This document shows, piece after piece, positions 1-11,312 of a DNA stretch of 64,000 nucleotides. Source of the DNA: Gemmatimonadales bacterium (GTDB lineage Bacteria; Gemmatimonadota; Gemmatimonadetes; Gemmatimonadales; GWC2-71-9). Where the stretch lies: NCBI GenBank assembly GCA_965249575.1, contig OZ252244.1, positions 1,696,001 to 1,760,000 on the forward strand. Reading direction: 5' to 3'. The position numbers were made by a program, and so were the translations under genes. Each line of letters opens with the position of its first letter. Positions within the stretch are counted from its first letter, which is position 1. The notes beneath the pieces were generated by a model, which was not told the origin of the DNA, ran no database searches, and saw nothing but the letters and a program-made list of their open reading frames with translations.

Positions 1-90
1 GGCGTGCTGCTCAATCGGCGCGGTCGGGTGTGGAAGCCTTCCTTCTGCTCACCTCTCGCTCGGTGGTGAGGGGCGGGGAAGGCCTACTCT

Positions 91-1452
91 TCAGCTCACC
101 CGCGCCGGTGCTGGCGCCCCGTCTGGGCCGTTGTCCCAGTCCTGTGCGCTCGAGGCGTTGGGCATACCCCACTGGTGGCCGTTCCACCCGTCGAACCCAT
201 CCATCTTGAACGCCCAGAATCCCGTTCGATAGTCGCTGACCACGATCAAGCCGTCGGCATTGCGAATGTCGATGCCCCAAGCACCGTCGTAGATCCCGCC
301 ACCGTCTCTGATCGCGCCGCCAAGGTCTTCGCCTTGCAGTTCGGGTCCCTCTTTAGTGTCGTAGTACGCGACGGTATACGGGTTGGTTGGGTCCATGACG
401 TTCAGCACTTGGAGCGCGTCGTCCTGTGCCGCGATGAAGGCGTAGGGCCATCTCATCTCGAAGTTGTGGGTGGCCCCGTTCCACTTGGCAGTCCAGGCCC
501 CGATGGGTCGGCTGATGGTTTGTACGTCGCCGTCCAGTCCGGGCTTCAGATCGAACACACGCACGGGCGCGTATTGATAGGTGGGTGCCGGCTCGAACAA
601 GGCGTACCGCCCGTCGGGTGTAGGAACGAACGTGTGGCCGCCCGTGACTCCGGCGACACCCGTCACCGATGTGATCAACTCCGGCTGTTCCGGGATCGTC
701 ACGTTGTACACCAGTGCTCCCCCACCGCCGGCGCCGTAGAACCTGTCCTGGCTGGTGCTCGGGTCGTAGGCGATGTAGAAGTCGTGATACCCACGTTGCC
801 TCGCGGCGGGGTTCGCGGGGACCGGTACCCGGCCGATGAGGCCCTGGCTGCCGTCGCCGCTCAGGAACTTCTCCATGTCGTAGATGTTGGCCTGCGGTCC
901 GTTCGTCGTGGCGAACAGCAGCACCCGCCCGTCGGAATGCTTGTACGCGAACAGGTTGTGAAACCCGCCGGGTATTTCCGGAACGCGGATGCGGCCGGCC
1001 TCCTCGATGGTCGCCGTGTCGGGGAGACCTGTGACGTCGAAGATCACAGCGCCCAGATCGACATCCGGACCACCGGCGCGGAACTGGAATGACTGCACGT
1101 CGTAGTAACGGCCGCGAAGCTTGAAATACCGATTGTCGAAGCCGCCGCGCTCTCCGTGTAGCTCCGGGTTCTCGATGATCCACCGGTAGAGGAGCTTCGG
1201 CTTGCTCGGATCCTTCAGCCCGATGATGAACATCCCCGCGTTCTCGTGGCGGTGCCCGACGTACGCATAGGGGCGGGCGAGTTCTTGCTCGATCTCGACG
1301 TCCGTCGTGCTGAACGGCGAGATCCGCTCGAGAAGCAGGTGGGACACGATCGTGATGTTGCTGCTGCCCTGCTCCCCTGGCGGGTGCTGTGCGAGCAGAG
1401 GGGATACCAGCAGGACCGCAGCAACGGATAGTGCTACGTTTCGCATGTTCAT
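91..1452 (-). CDS. Secreted LVIVD-like beta-propeller protein, paralog 1
   Basis: ATG at 1452 after GGAGAA. Sec signal (..SPLLA|QH). Blade motifs GGFHN, GYHD, GGHT, THN. C-terminal GWNGHQWGMPNASSAQDWDNGP is shared with the paralogs at 9170 and 18377. Confidence 0.75.
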   Translation of the reverse strand: MNMRNVALSVAAVLLVSPLLAQHPPGEQGSSNITIVSHLLLERISPFSTTDVEIEQELARPYAYVGHRHENAGMFIIGLKDPSKPKLLYRWIIENPELHGERGGFDNRYFKLRGRYYDVQSFQFRAGGPDVDLGAVIFDVTGLPDTATIEEAGRIRVPEIPGGFHNLFAYKHSDGRVLLFATTNGPQANIYDMEKFLSGDGSQGLIGRVPVPANPAARQRGYHDFYIAYDPSTSQDRFYGAGGGGALVYNVTIPEQPELITSVTGVAGVTGGHTFVPTPDGRYALFEPAPTYQYAPVRVFDLKPGLDGDVQTISRPIGAWTAKWNGATHNFEMRWPYAFIAAQDDALQVLNVMDPTNPYTVAYYDTKEGPELQGEDLGGAIRDGGGIYDGAWGIDIRNADGLIVVSDYRTGFWAFKMDGFDGWNGHQWGMPNASSAQDWDNGPDGAPAPARVS

Positions 1453-1947
1453 TTCGCTTTCTCCCGAAGACGTAAAACGGAGCCGGCGAAGCGCGGAGTC
1501 CCTCCCTACTCGCTCCCCATTCGTGCGAACACGACACCAGCCCAACCGGGGGACCACCCCACGGTACTGGGGCGCGACCACGACGCTGTAGTGCCGCAGC
1601 CGCCCGTGTGTGAAGACCGGGAGCACAGAATGCGGTCGGCGACGCTCGATGCCAAGCGCCGCAAATGGACCACATGCCGCGGTTCGCTCACTCGATTGTA
1701 CTGCACGATTGGAATGGGATCACGCGGGGCGCTCGGCGCCGGAAGCCGACCTTCCAGTGACAGCGTGAACACGAGGGGGCGGAGCATGTCTCAATCTAGC
1801 GAGCGGTGAGGGTCTTCGGAGCGCCAGACCGGACACGGAAAAACGGGCGTTCCCCACGCCGACTTGTGTACCAACCGGCCGCTTGCTATATGGCACTTGG
1901 CGCTCGCGCCAGGCGACGCCAGGACCACGCACCGAAGGGATACGACA

Positions 1948-3702
1948 ATGGTCAAGCGTTGGAAGCTCGCCGCGACCTCGTTCGCGCTACCCGCGCTGGT
2001 GGCGGGGCACACCGGGGCCGTGCACGAGGAAGCCCCCGCGGCATCGGGCCCACGGTTCGCAGTTTCGTTTCCGGAAGCCAGGAGCGCCACGCCGCTGGAT
2101 GGAAGGCTGGTCATCATGGTTTCTTCCGACTCGACGGGGGAGCCGCGCTTTCAGATCCGGGATGGCGTGACGACGCAGCTCGCCTTTGCCATCGACGTGG
2201 ACGGTCTCTCACCAGGAGAAGACGCTGTCATCGATTCCGACGCATTCGGGTATCCGCTGCGGAGTATCAGTGCGATTCCGCCCGGCACGTATCGCGTCCA
2301 GGCGCTGCTGAACCGGTATGAGACATTTCACCGCGCCGACGGTCACGTCGTGAAGCTACCGCCAGACAGGGGCGAGGGTCAGCAATGGAGCCGGAAACCC
2401 GGCAATCTCTACAGCACTCCGCAGAACGTCGCGATCGACCCAGCGAGCGATGGGGTGATTCGCATCTCATTGGACGAAGAGATTCCCCCGATTCCCGATC
2501 CGGCCGAGACGCCGTGGATCAAGCACGAGCGCATTCAGAGCGCCCTACTCTCGGAGTTCTGGGGCCGGCCTGTGTATCTTGGCGCGCACGTCCTGCTGCC
2601 GCAGGGTTTCGACGCGCATCCCAACGCGCACTACCCTCTCGTCGTCAATCACGGCCACTTCCCCTACGATTTCGGTGGGTTCCGCGAGGCCCCGCCCGAT
2701 CCGGACCTCGAGCCGGACTACAGCGAGCGCTTCCGTCTCAGCGGTTACAACCGAATTCAACAGGAACACGCGCATCGATTCTATGAGGACTGGACCGGGC
2801 CGGGTTTCCCGAGGGTCCTGCTGATCAAGGTCCAGCATCCGACCCCTTATTACGACGATTCCTACGCGGTGAACTCGGCGAACAACGGCCCGTATGGGGA
2901 TGCCATAACCCACGAGCTGATCCCGTACCTCGAGGAGAAATACCGGGGCCTGGGCGAGGGATGGGCGCGCTTTCTCTATGGAGGCTCCACGGGTGGGTGG
3001 GAGGCCATGGCGGTCCAGGTGTTCTACCCGGAGGAATACAACGGCGCGTGGATCGCTTGTCCCGATCCGATCGACTTCCGGGCGAACACAGTCGTCAACA
3101 TCTACGAGGATGAAAACGCCTACTACCTGGACAGCCAATGGAAGCGAACGCCGCGGCCCGGGCGCCGTGACTGGCTGGGCCACGTGAGCGCGACGCTCGA
3201 GGAAATGAATCACCGGGAACTCGTGCTCGGCACCAAGGGGCGTTCCGGACAGCAGTGGGACATTTGGCAGGCGGTCTACTCCCCGGTCGGGGACGACGGC
3301 TACCCCCGACCGATCTGGGACAAGCTCACCGGAGTCGTCGATCCCACCGTTGCCGCATATTGGCGCGAGAACTACGACCTCTCGTACATCCTACGCCGGG
3401 ATTGGGCCACCCTCGGAGAAAAGCTCCGCGGCAAGCTGTTCATTTACGTCGGCGACATGGACAACTACTACCTCAACAACGCGGTCTATCTCGTGGAGGA
3501 TTTCCTCGAGGATACGACCGACCCGCCCTACGAGGGTGAGGTCGACTACGGCGATGGCGACGAGCATTGCTGGAACGGCGATCAAAGCCGTCCAAACGCG
3601 CTCTCGCGGCTGCGCTATCACCAGATGTTCATCCCGCGCATCATGGACCAGATTCGGAAGAACGGGCCGGCTGACGCGGACACCTTGAGCTGGAGGTATT
3701 GA
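1948..3702 (+). CDS. Secreted alpha/beta-hydrolase (putative esterase family)
   Basis: N-terminal signal-like segment, nucleophile elbow GGSTGG, C-terminal HCW. The ATG at 1948 follows GAAGGGA. Confidence 0.7.
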   Translation: MVKRWKLAATSFALPALVAGHTGAVHEEAPAASGPRFAVSFPEARSATPLDGRLVIMVSSDSTGEPRFQIRDGVTTQLAFAIDVDGLSPGEDAVIDSDAFGYPLRSISAIPPGTYRVQALLNRYETFHRADGHVVKLPPDRGEGQQWSRKPGNLYSTPQNVAIDPASDGVIRISLDEEIPPIPDPAETPWIKHERIQSALLSEFWGRPVYLGAHVLLPQGFDAHPNAHYPLVVNHGHFPYDFGGFREAPPDPDLEPDYSERFRLSGYNRIQQEHAHRFYEDWTGPGFPRVLLIKVQHPTPYYDDSYAVNSANNGPYGDAITHELIPYLEEKYRGLGEGWARFLYGGSTGGWEAMAVQVFYPEEYNGAWIACPDPIDFRANTVVNIYEDENAYYLDSQWKRTPRPGRRDWLGHVSATLEEMNHRELVLGTKGRSGQQWDIWQAVYSPVGDDGYPRPIWDKLTGVVDPTVAAYWRENYDLSYILRRDWATLGEKLRGKLFIYVGDMDNYYLNNAVYLVEDFLEDTTDPPYEGEVDYGDGDEHCWNGDQSRPNALSRLRYHQMFIPRIMDQIRKNGPADADTLSWRY

Positions 3703-3729
3703 GTAGGGAGTAGGGATTGCGACCAGGGC

Positions 3730-5025
3730 TTACTGCGCTGCACTCCTCGCTTCGAGCTCGGCGTCGATCCGATCCCCGATTTCGCGAGCCTGTGCGAGGA
3801 TGCTGGTGAGGTCGTTCACCGATCCCTCTCCTGCTTGCAGCCGCAGGAGTTCCACACGCACGTTCTCCAGAGCCGTAACTGCGGTCACCAGTGTTCCGTC
3901 CGCGCCGCCCACCCTACGAAGCTCTTCGGCGTCGTTCTCCAGGCAGTGGATGACCTTCCGAGCCCCCGGCAACCGGGACCGGACATCGCCCGGAAGGGAT
4001 TCGTACAGCTCCACTGCGGCTCGGCCGAGGATGGTCTCGGTCGCCTCGGCGGACGGAACCGCGGGACGCCGTCGCGATCGCACGCCCAGACCAGCCACCT
4101 TGAAGAAGAAGCGTCCGAACCGGCCGGCCCAGATTCGATGCCAGAACCCATTGAGGCGCCGCATGAACTTGCGCTGACCGGCGGCGTCGGCCTCCTCTTC
4201 CTGTGCCGAGGCTTCCGCGAGCAGGGCCGCACGAATATCCCCGAACGCATAACCATCCCGAAGCAGCCTGCGCGCCACCGAGAGTAGCTGGACCAGTAGT
4301 ACGATCAGCAGCAGGTCCACGATCCCCGGGTTACTGCTCCCCTGCCCGACCAGCGCGGCCGTGATGAACACGGCGGTCGTGACCTGAGCGTTCCTTAGGA
4401 AATTGCGTACCAACGGCGGCGCCCTCAGCTCTCGCCCCCGTAACTCGCCGATCGCCTCGGCAATCTCGTTTCCGGTCTGGAACCGCGCCTCGGAGTCCTT
4501 TGCGAGACACCGGTCCACCAGCGCCGCGAGCTTGGGCGGGAGATCCTCCCTCACCGAAGCCATCGGCGGTGCGGGCTCGGCAACGTGCTTCGCCAGGAGC
4601 GCGGACACATTGGGCGCTTCGAAGGGAGCGTGGCCGGTCAGCCCGAAGAACGCCGTCGCTCCCAGGGAGTAGAGATCGCTCCGCGCATCCACCTCGTCGC
4701 CCGAGGCCTGCTCGGGACTCATGTATCGGGCCGTCCCGACGACCTCGCCCCGTGGCGTGGAGTCCGCCGTGTCAACGAGCCGGGCGATTCCAAAGTCGGT
4801 GACCAGTGCGCGCCCGCTGGCTCGCTCGATCATGATATTGTCGGGTTTGACGTCTCGGTGGACGATCCCGTTGTCGTGAGCGTACGTCAGCGCCCACGCC
4901 ACCTCCTGTAGCATCCGCATCGTCACCCTGGGACTCACCGGTCCCGTGCGACGCACGCGTTCCCGCAATGTCTCTCGAGTCGGGTGGATTCGCTCACTGC
5001 TCTCGGCAGATTGCTGACGGTACAC
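3730..5025 (-). pseudogene. Hanks-type Ser/Thr protein kinase lacking the N-lobe (5'-truncated)
   Basis: HRDVKPDN, DFG and GTARYMSPE are present, followed by hydrophobic segments. There is no Gly-rich loop or VAIK lysine, and only ~80 bp separates the kinase-like region from the upstream gene's stop at 5051. Confidence 0.7.
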
Positions 5026-5050
5026 TCGGGCGGTGTAGGTGGAGCGGCAC

Positions 5051-6233
5051 TCAGAATGCTGCCTCGAAACGCGCGATCAGCGCCTGGATGCCGAGATCGG
5101 TTCCGCGGGCAGCGTCGCGGCCGCCCGCGTTAGTGACCACCAGCATCGCCACGTCCCGCGCAGGAGCGATCCAAACGGTCGCGAACCAAAGCGTGTTGGT
5201 CCCTGTCCCTTGTGGGTGAGGGCGCGGCCCTGCGCCCAGCCTCGCTCCGTGACGCCCCACCCCAACGCATAGTCCGTCCCCGGCGCCGGCTCGTGCAGCT
5301 TCGTAAAGGTCGCCGCCGTTACGAGGCCGTCGGCGCCGCGAGCTCCGGCCAGGTGCGCGGCCATGTACAGAGCATAGTCGGCCATGGCACTGTGGACGGT
5401 GCCCGAGGGCCCGATGGCCCGCGGGTTGTCGGCGTCCGGCCCAGGAGACAGCGGGACCCACTCACCATTCTCACGGAGGTGGCCGCGAGGTTCGTCCGGC
5501 CCCACTCCCGGTGACCCCGGCGGTCCAAAGCCGGTAGACGCCATTCCGAGAGGCGCGAACAACTCCCGTTGCATCAAATCCTCCCAGGCGTCCCCCGTTA
5601 CCTCCTCGAGCATCGCGCCGGCCACGATGTAGCCCGCGTTGGGGTACAGGTGCGTTCCGCGTGACACCTGGGGTTCCAGCGAAAGCAACTCGGCGGCCCA
5701 GCGGCGGCGCTGCTGACGAGCGAGCTGGTGTCGCTCCTCAGCGAAGGCCAGAGGGGCACGCGCGTCACGTCGTCGGGCAGACCCGACGTGTGGTACAGAA
5801 GCTCATCGAGAGAGGCAGACAGGTACTCCGACCGGATACCGCCGACCAGATCGGGAAAGACCGACTCGACGGTGGTGCTCCATGACGTGACGCCCTGCTC
5901 CACGAGCCTCGCCGCCACAGTAGCGGTCATGGCCTTGGTGAGAGAGCCCAAGTGCCAACGATCGCCGGTGGTCACCGGCTCGGCCGAGCCTTCGGCCCGG
6001 AGGCCCACAGCTCCGGTCTCGACCACTTGGGACCCGCGCAGGAGCACCGCCCCCAGCGATGGAAGTCCGTTCCCCACACGTATGAACTCCAGCGCCGCCT
6101 CGAGATCGGCGTCCCCGGCCGAACCGACGTCGTCGGGCAAGCCAGTGCCGTCCTCGCAGCCCGTGCTCAGCGCCAAAACGAGCGTCGCCAGCGCGACGAC
6201 CTCGAGCAGGTTCCTCAGCTTCGAAGCTCGCAT
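5051..6233 (-). pseudogene. Serine hydrolase (beta-lactamase/PBP-like) lipoprotein with two frameshifts
   Basis: Lipobox LSTGC and SLTK (SxxK) lie in ORF 5598..6344, YPN (YxN) in ORF 5077..5688, and the GTNTLWFA C-terminus in ORF 5051..5461. Frame changes occur at ~5714 and ~5205. Confidence 0.75.
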
Positions 6234-6593
6234 GCCAAAGGTATGCCCGAGATCGGCTCGCCCGGGGGGTGCTGTCGTCCAAGGAGGAGACCGAGGCGCC
6301 CCGGAGTGTGAGGGCCGCGGCCACGGACGTAACGAACCTGCCATAGCCCGTCATGAAGGTTTCGCTCCGCCTAGGCGTGGAACGCGGGGATCCCGACGCG
6401 GCCAACCGGCGCCACCGCGTGTTCCACTCAAAGTGATGGCGCTCGAAGTGTTGGGCAAGGAAACGCTCGCGGACGAGGCGGGGGGCGGCCATCCGCCTTG
6501 ATAAAGTTCGACAGGGCTAACAGTCCTGGGGACCAACCTGTCGCTTCAGGGGTAAGGTGCCGTGATGGGCGATACGACGAGAGCGAGGATCTC

Positions 6594-7247
6594 ATGATTA
6601 ACGCCAGGCTCCCGGTGGTGGCTGCTTTTGCGCTCACCACCCTGTGGGTCGCGGATCCAGCCCTGGGCCAGGAACGCGACCTGAGTGGACGGTGGACCCT
6701 CAAGGAACCGGCTGACAGCATCGAGCGAGGTGGCCTGGTGGACGATCTAACGGGGCCGGATCGCGCGGAGCGCGGCCCACCGGGGGCTGGCGGTGTGCAA
6801 CCCGGGTTTGGCGGTCGAGGAGGGCGCGGCGGTTTCGGACGTCCGCGAGGGCGGGGCGGACCTCGGGAGTTGAGCGAAGAAGATCGGGCGCGCACGCGAA
6901 TACTCATGCGCGCCGCCAGGCCCTACCGTTCGTTCGAGTTCCGTCAAGACGACTCCACGATCGTCCTGACCGCCGGGCGATCTGAGTCGCTCACGCTCTA
7001 CCTCGACGGCCGCAAATTGAAAACGAAGATTGACGAAGAGACCGAGCGCGAAGTCAAAGCGAAGTGGGACGACGGCGAGTTGGTTGTGGAGCAGAAGATC
7101 GACGGCGTGGGCGAGATCGAGCGTCGCTACGGTATCGCCGACAGTGGGCTGTTCATGCGGGTGGAGACGCGCGTGGAGGGTGGTAGGCTCCCTGGAGCCA
7201 TCGATCGCGTGCAGATGTATCGAAAAATCACGGCCGAGGAGCTGTAG
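6594..7247 (+). CDS. Secreted hypothetical protein with Gly/Arg-rich loop (lipocalin-like beta fold suspected)
   Basis: Signal peptide (..PALG|QE), DLSGRW start motif, GGRGGRGG low-complexity segment, beta-strand-rich C-terminus. Confidence 0.6.
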   Translation: MINARLPVVAAFALTTLWVADPALGQERDLSGRWTLKEPADSIERGGLVDDLTGPDRAERGPPGAGGVQPGFGGRGGRGGFGRPRGRGGPRELSEEDRARTRILMRAARPYRSFEFRQDDSTIVLTAGRSESLTLYLDGRKLKTKIDEETEREVKAKWDDGELVVEQKIDGVGEIERRYGIADSGLFMRVETRVEGGRLPGAIDRVQMYRKITAEEL

Positions 7248-7409
7248 AGAGCGGCCACCTCCGATCCATCGTCCCCTCGTTTCTTCCCACTTCCCACCGC
7301 CGGCGCTACGTTTGCGCACGACTTGGCACCGGCGGTGGACTCCGGCCCAACCGTTGCCATTTACCCCAAGACCCCGGGGCGGACGACCGAACGTCAACAG
7401 GTATCGAGG

Positions 7410-8603
7410 ATGAAGCGCGAACCCTCCGACGGACCGGGCGGCACCTTCAGGCAGGCGCTGGTTGGTTCGCTCATCACTGCCGGCGCCGTACTCGCCACAC
7501 TGCTCATGGCAGAGCTGGGCCTCCGCACGTTCGCACCCGTATCCGATCCCTACGCACGGGAAAAGGTCCGTAGCATCAACCGATTCATTCGCACCGACCA
7601 CGCGCCACGCGATTCAGTGAAGCTAGACATCGACGAGGGGCTGCCGGGCGTGCGGCTAGAGGGTGCCTTCACGACCAACAACAAAGGCTATCGGGGCCCC
7701 CCCATTGACGTGCCGAAGCCCGCGAACGAGTGGCGGGTCTACATGGTGGGCGGCAGTACCGTAGAGACGTTCATAATCGACGATCGGGAGAGCCTCGACG
7801 CCGTTTCGCAGCGCGAGCTACAACACCGCGTCACGGGCGACCGGCGCGTCAGGGTGTTCAATGCGGGCGTCAGCGGGCATCGAAGCGACGATCACGTATC
7901 GCTGATCGTGCACCGGATCCTTCATCAGGAACCCGACGTCGTCACGGTGCTCGCCGGCGTCAACGATCTCATCGCCGCGATTTACGAAATGGACTACGAA
8001 CACTATGGCGCCGATTTTCGGAGCGAGGAGCCCGATTTCGACTTCAATGCGCTCACCAAGATGCTCGCCACCGAGTTTCAGCTCCCGAGGCGCGTCGTCT
8101 ACGGCGTTCGGCGGCTGCGCACGGGAGGCTCCGGCCTGATTGCCGATGGCGTAGCGCGTTCGAACTACCGGCCGGCGATTGCGCGCCTCCAATCGAGCCC
8201 GACCGCCCCGCGCCCGCCCCGGACCGACGTGGAGTCCTACGTGCGGAACCTGCGCACGATTGTAGGAGCCGCTGCAGCCCACGGCGTACAACTGATCTTC
8301 ATGACGCAGCCCTCCACCTGGAACAGCAGGAGCGATCCCGACGCGAACAACTGGCACTGGCTGCGCCGCGCCGCCGGTTTCACATATCCAGAAGCATCCG
8401 CCGACGCCGCACTCGAGCAATACAACGACGCCATGCGACGTGTCGCCGCGGAAACCGGAGTCCCGCTTTTCGATCTTGCGGCCTCGATTCCGAAGTCGCT
8501 CGACTACTTCTTCGACGACGTCCACCTCAATGTGCAAGGCGCTAAACGCGTTGCGACCGATCTTGCATCGTTCATGGACGGCCGCGGGCTGCTGTCTCGA
8601 TGA
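7410..8603 (+). CDS. SGNH/GDSL hydrolase family, membrane-anchored
   Basis: N-terminal TM helix. Blocks GGST, NAGVSG, AGVND and DDVH. Confidence 0.8.
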   Translation: MKREPSDGPGGTFRQALVGSLITAGAVLATLLMAELGLRTFAPVSDPYAREKVRSINRFIRTDHAPRDSVKLDIDEGLPGVRLEGAFTTNNKGYRGPPIDVPKPANEWRVYMVGGSTVETFIIDDRESLDAVSQRELQHRVTGDRRVRVFNAGVSGHRSDDHVSLIVHRILHQEPDVVTVLAGVNDLIAAIYEMDYEHYGADFRSEEPDFDFNALTKMLATEFQLPRRVVYGVRRLRTGGSGLIADGVARSNYRPAIARLQSSPTAPRPPRTDVESYVRNLRTIVGAAAAHGVQLIFMTQPSTWNSRSDPDANNWHWLRRAAGFTYPEASADAALEQYNDAMRRVAAETGVPLFDLAASIPKSLDYFFDDVHLNVQGAKRVATDLASFMDGRGLLSR

Positions 8604-9150
8604 ACCTCCCGGCTTGGCTACGAGCGGCACGTTCCAGTTGGGAATACACCGGACGGGATCGCCCGCCGTTTGCGGCGATTCCGAAACGGGACAGGAGTCC
8701 GCGTGGGACTATCCGCGGCCGCCCAGATTGGCGAGCGACGACCGGAGGGTAGTGGTCAAGGTGAACGAAACGGTCGTGGCGGACACGCGAAGTGCGGTCC
8801 GCATTCTCGAAACGGCAAGCCCGCCTCCCTTTTACCTGCCGCCAGAAGCCGTAGACAGGGCCCTGCTCGAGCCGGGCGCCGACGCGTCGATGTGCGAGTG
8901 GAAGGGAGAAGCAGTGTACTGGTCGCTCCGTCTGCCCGACACGCTGCTCGAGCACATTGGGTGGAGCTACCCTCGGCCATTCCCCGAATACGAGCGCATC
9001 CGGGACTACTTCTCGTTCTACCCGGCGCGAATCGCATGCTACGTCGGTCCGCATCGGGTAGAACCACAGCCCGGCAACTTCTACGGCGGTTGGGTCACTC
9101 CGGAAGTCGTCGGTCCGTTCAAGGGCGTGCCGGGCTCCGCGGGATGGTGA
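8600..9150 (+). CDS. DUF427 domain protein (apparent 1-nt frameshift at ~8687)
   Basis: The ATG overlaps the upstream stop (ATGA) and reads MNLPAWLRAARSSWEYTGRDRPPFAA. It continues in another frame as GQESAWDYPRPP..ETASPP..CEWKG..WSY..FYGGW. Confidence 0.75.
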
Positions 9151-9169
9151 CCGTCGCTCAGCCCGGTTC

Positions 9170-10621
9170 TCACTGCACTGCGGCCTTGCGAGGCCTCGGG
9201 GCCCCGTCTGGCCCATGGTCCCAGTCCTGCGCGCTCGAGACATTGGGCATGCCCCAATCGTGTCCGTTCCAGCCGTCGAATCCATCCATGCGAAACGCCC
9301 AGAAACCGGTCTCCAGATCGCTGATGATTATCAAGCCATCTGCATTGCGGATGTCGATGGCTTCCGCGCCGTTGTAGACGCTCCGCCCTCGCGGCGCCTG
9401 CCGGTTGCCGGCCCAGCCGAATTCATGGGGGCATTCGCACGTGTGATAGAACCCTACGATGTAAGGATTCGCGGGATCCATCCAGTTCAATACCTGTAAT
9501 CCGTCCTCGAACCCAGCAACGAACACATACGGCCACCGAACCTCCATGTTGTGGAGGACGGCGCGCCAGTCCGCCGTGATTCCGCCGATCGGCCGCGAGA
9601 TCGACTGGACCTCGCCGTCCAATCCCGGCTTCAGATCGAACACCCGCAACGGAGCAAACTGATACTCCGATTCCACCATGGCGTACCGACCGTCCGGTGT
9701 TGGAGTGAACGTGTGACCGCGCTCAAGCCCCGGTGCTCTGAGGATGGACGTCAACAACTTCGGCTCCTCGGGCCGCGATACGTCATACACATGAAAGCCG
9801 CCGGTCCCCGGACCGTAGAACTTGTCTTGCCTCGTCGCCGGATCGAAACCGACGTACATATCGTGATACGAAGCAGTCAGGGGCCGCCTCGCCCTCGGCG
9901 GCGGCACGTACCCGGGAATCTCCCTGCGTATCAACGGCGTGCCCGCCGGGATCGGGATGCGGCCGGTGAGCCCGTGTTGTGCATCGCCCGCCAGGAACTT
10001 CTCCATGTCGTAGATCTTCACCTCTGCGCCGGACGTGGCGAAGAGCAGCACTCTGCCGTCGGAGTGCTTGTAGAGATAGACGTTATGGAATCCATTTGGT
10101 GCGTCTGGAACGTGGATGCGTCCGGCCTCGGCGACTCTCGAGGTGTCCGGTAGACCGGTTACGTCAAAGACAACGGCGCCGAGGTCGGAGTTGGGCCCGC
10201 TCTGACCGAACTGGAATCCGTTCACTAGGTAGTACCGGCCGTTCACCTTGAAGTACTTGGCCCCGACTCCGCCCAAGCCCTGGTCACTCAGCTCTGCGTT
10301 CTCGAGCCGCCAGCTGTAGATCATCTCCGCGTTCTCGGGGTCTTCGATGCTCACCACTGTGAAACCGGCCTCGTTAGTCAGGAGCCGGGATCGAGACAGG
10401 TACACGAAGGGGCGGGACATCTCCTGTTCGATCTCGATGTCCACGGTCTGCATGAACCCGCGAATCGGAATGTGCGAGACTACTTTGACATTCGGTGTGC
10501 CACCGACTTTGGTTCCGGGCAGCGGCGATTGCGCGAGTGCTTGATGGGCGGGCACCTGGACAGCGGCGAGTACCGCCAGGAGCCGTAACCACTGACGCCA
10601 AACCGTGCGTGGCCTTCTCAT
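9170..10621 (-). CDS. Secreted LVIVD-like beta-propeller protein, paralog 2
   Basis: ATG at 10621 after GAGGAGG. Signal (..QALA|QS). Motifs NGFHN, SYHD, RGHT, LHN and the same C-terminal signature. Confidence 0.75.
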   Translation of the reverse strand: MRRPRTVWRQWLRLLAVLAAVQVPAHQALAQSPLPGTKVGGTPNVKVVSHIPIRGFMQTVDIEIEQEMSRPFVYLSRSRLLTNEAGFTVVSIEDPENAEMIYSWRLENAELSDQGLGGVGAKYFKVNGRYYLVNGFQFGQSGPNSDLGAVVFDVTGLPDTSRVAEAGRIHVPDAPNGFHNVYLYKHSDGRVLLFATSGAEVKIYDMEKFLAGDAQHGLTGRIPIPAGTPLIRREIPGYVPPPRARRPLTASYHDMYVGFDPATRQDKFYGPGTGGFHVYDVSRPEEPKLLTSILRAPGLERGHTFTPTPDGRYAMVESEYQFAPLRVFDLKPGLDGEVQSISRPIGGITADWRAVLHNMEVRWPYVFVAGFEDGLQVLNWMDPANPYIVGFYHTCECPHEFGWAGNRQAPRGRSVYNGAEAIDIRNADGLIIISDLETGFWAFRMDGFDGWNGHDWGMPNVSSAQDWDHGPDGAPRPRKAAVQ

Positions 10622-10799
10622 CAACTGCCTCCTCACCGGAGGTGAATAGAGCCCAGCCACCCCGCCCTCTGCAAGACACGGCTCCGGTGACGGTTTCGCA
10701 AGGCCCACGGCGGACGGCGCCGGGGCCCGCGCAGACGGCACCTGAATGATATTTTCCGTTGTCGCATTGACGCGGGATCATTATTGCGGGGGACCGGCA

Positions 10800-11312
10800 G
10801 TGTTTCGAACGCGATCACTTTACGTGCCAATCGTCATGCTGGCGGCGGCCTGCGCGTCAACGGACCAGTCCGCTCTCTTGGCCGGGTTCGAGGCCGACAG
10901 GAAAGCGATCGAGGACTTACACCGCCGTGACATGGAGGCGGCGAAGCGGGGCGACTACGAGACGCTCGTGTCCCTGTGGACGGACGACGCAGTCATGCTC
11001 CCACCCAACGGCCACGTAGTCGTCGGGATCGAGACCATCCGCGCGCGCATGGAGGCCTCTCGAGGCCACTTCGACACGCTCGAGGTGACCGAGTACGTGC
11101 AAGATTTCAAAGACGTGGAGATCGTGGGCGACTTGGCGCTTGAGTGGGGGACCTATCGCGGAACGACGCGGTCCCGCTTGAGCGGCGAGATCGTCTCCGG
11201 GAAGGGCACCCTCATGCGGCTGCTCCGAAAACAGCCCGATGGCAGCTGGAAAATTGGCGCGGTCGATGTGGACGACAGATCCGAGCTAGCGGAGGGCCGG
11301 ACCAGCCGATGA
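10800..11312 (+). CDS. NTF2-like / DUF4440 (SnoaL-like) lipoprotein; probable 1-nt frameshift near C-terminus
   Basis: Lipobox LAAAC, WTDDAVMLPP, RKQPDGSWKI. The canonical end ARSMWTTDPS* (stop 11287-11289) lies in a shifted frame after GG at 11256-11257. Confidence 0.75.
   Translation: MFRTRSLYVPIVMLAAACASTDQSALLAGFEADRKAIEDLHRRDMEAAKRGDYETLVSLWTDDAVMLPPNGHVVVGIETIRARMEASRGHFDTLEVTEYVQDFKDVEIVGDLALEWGTYRGTTRSRLSGEIVSGKGTLMRLLRKQPDGSWKIGAVDVDDRSELAEGRTSR

Noticed and set aside
5051..6233. Antibiotic-resistance beta-lactamase
   Set aside because: The motifs fit the broad serine hydrolase/PBP-like family rather than a defined resistance class, and the gene is frameshifted.
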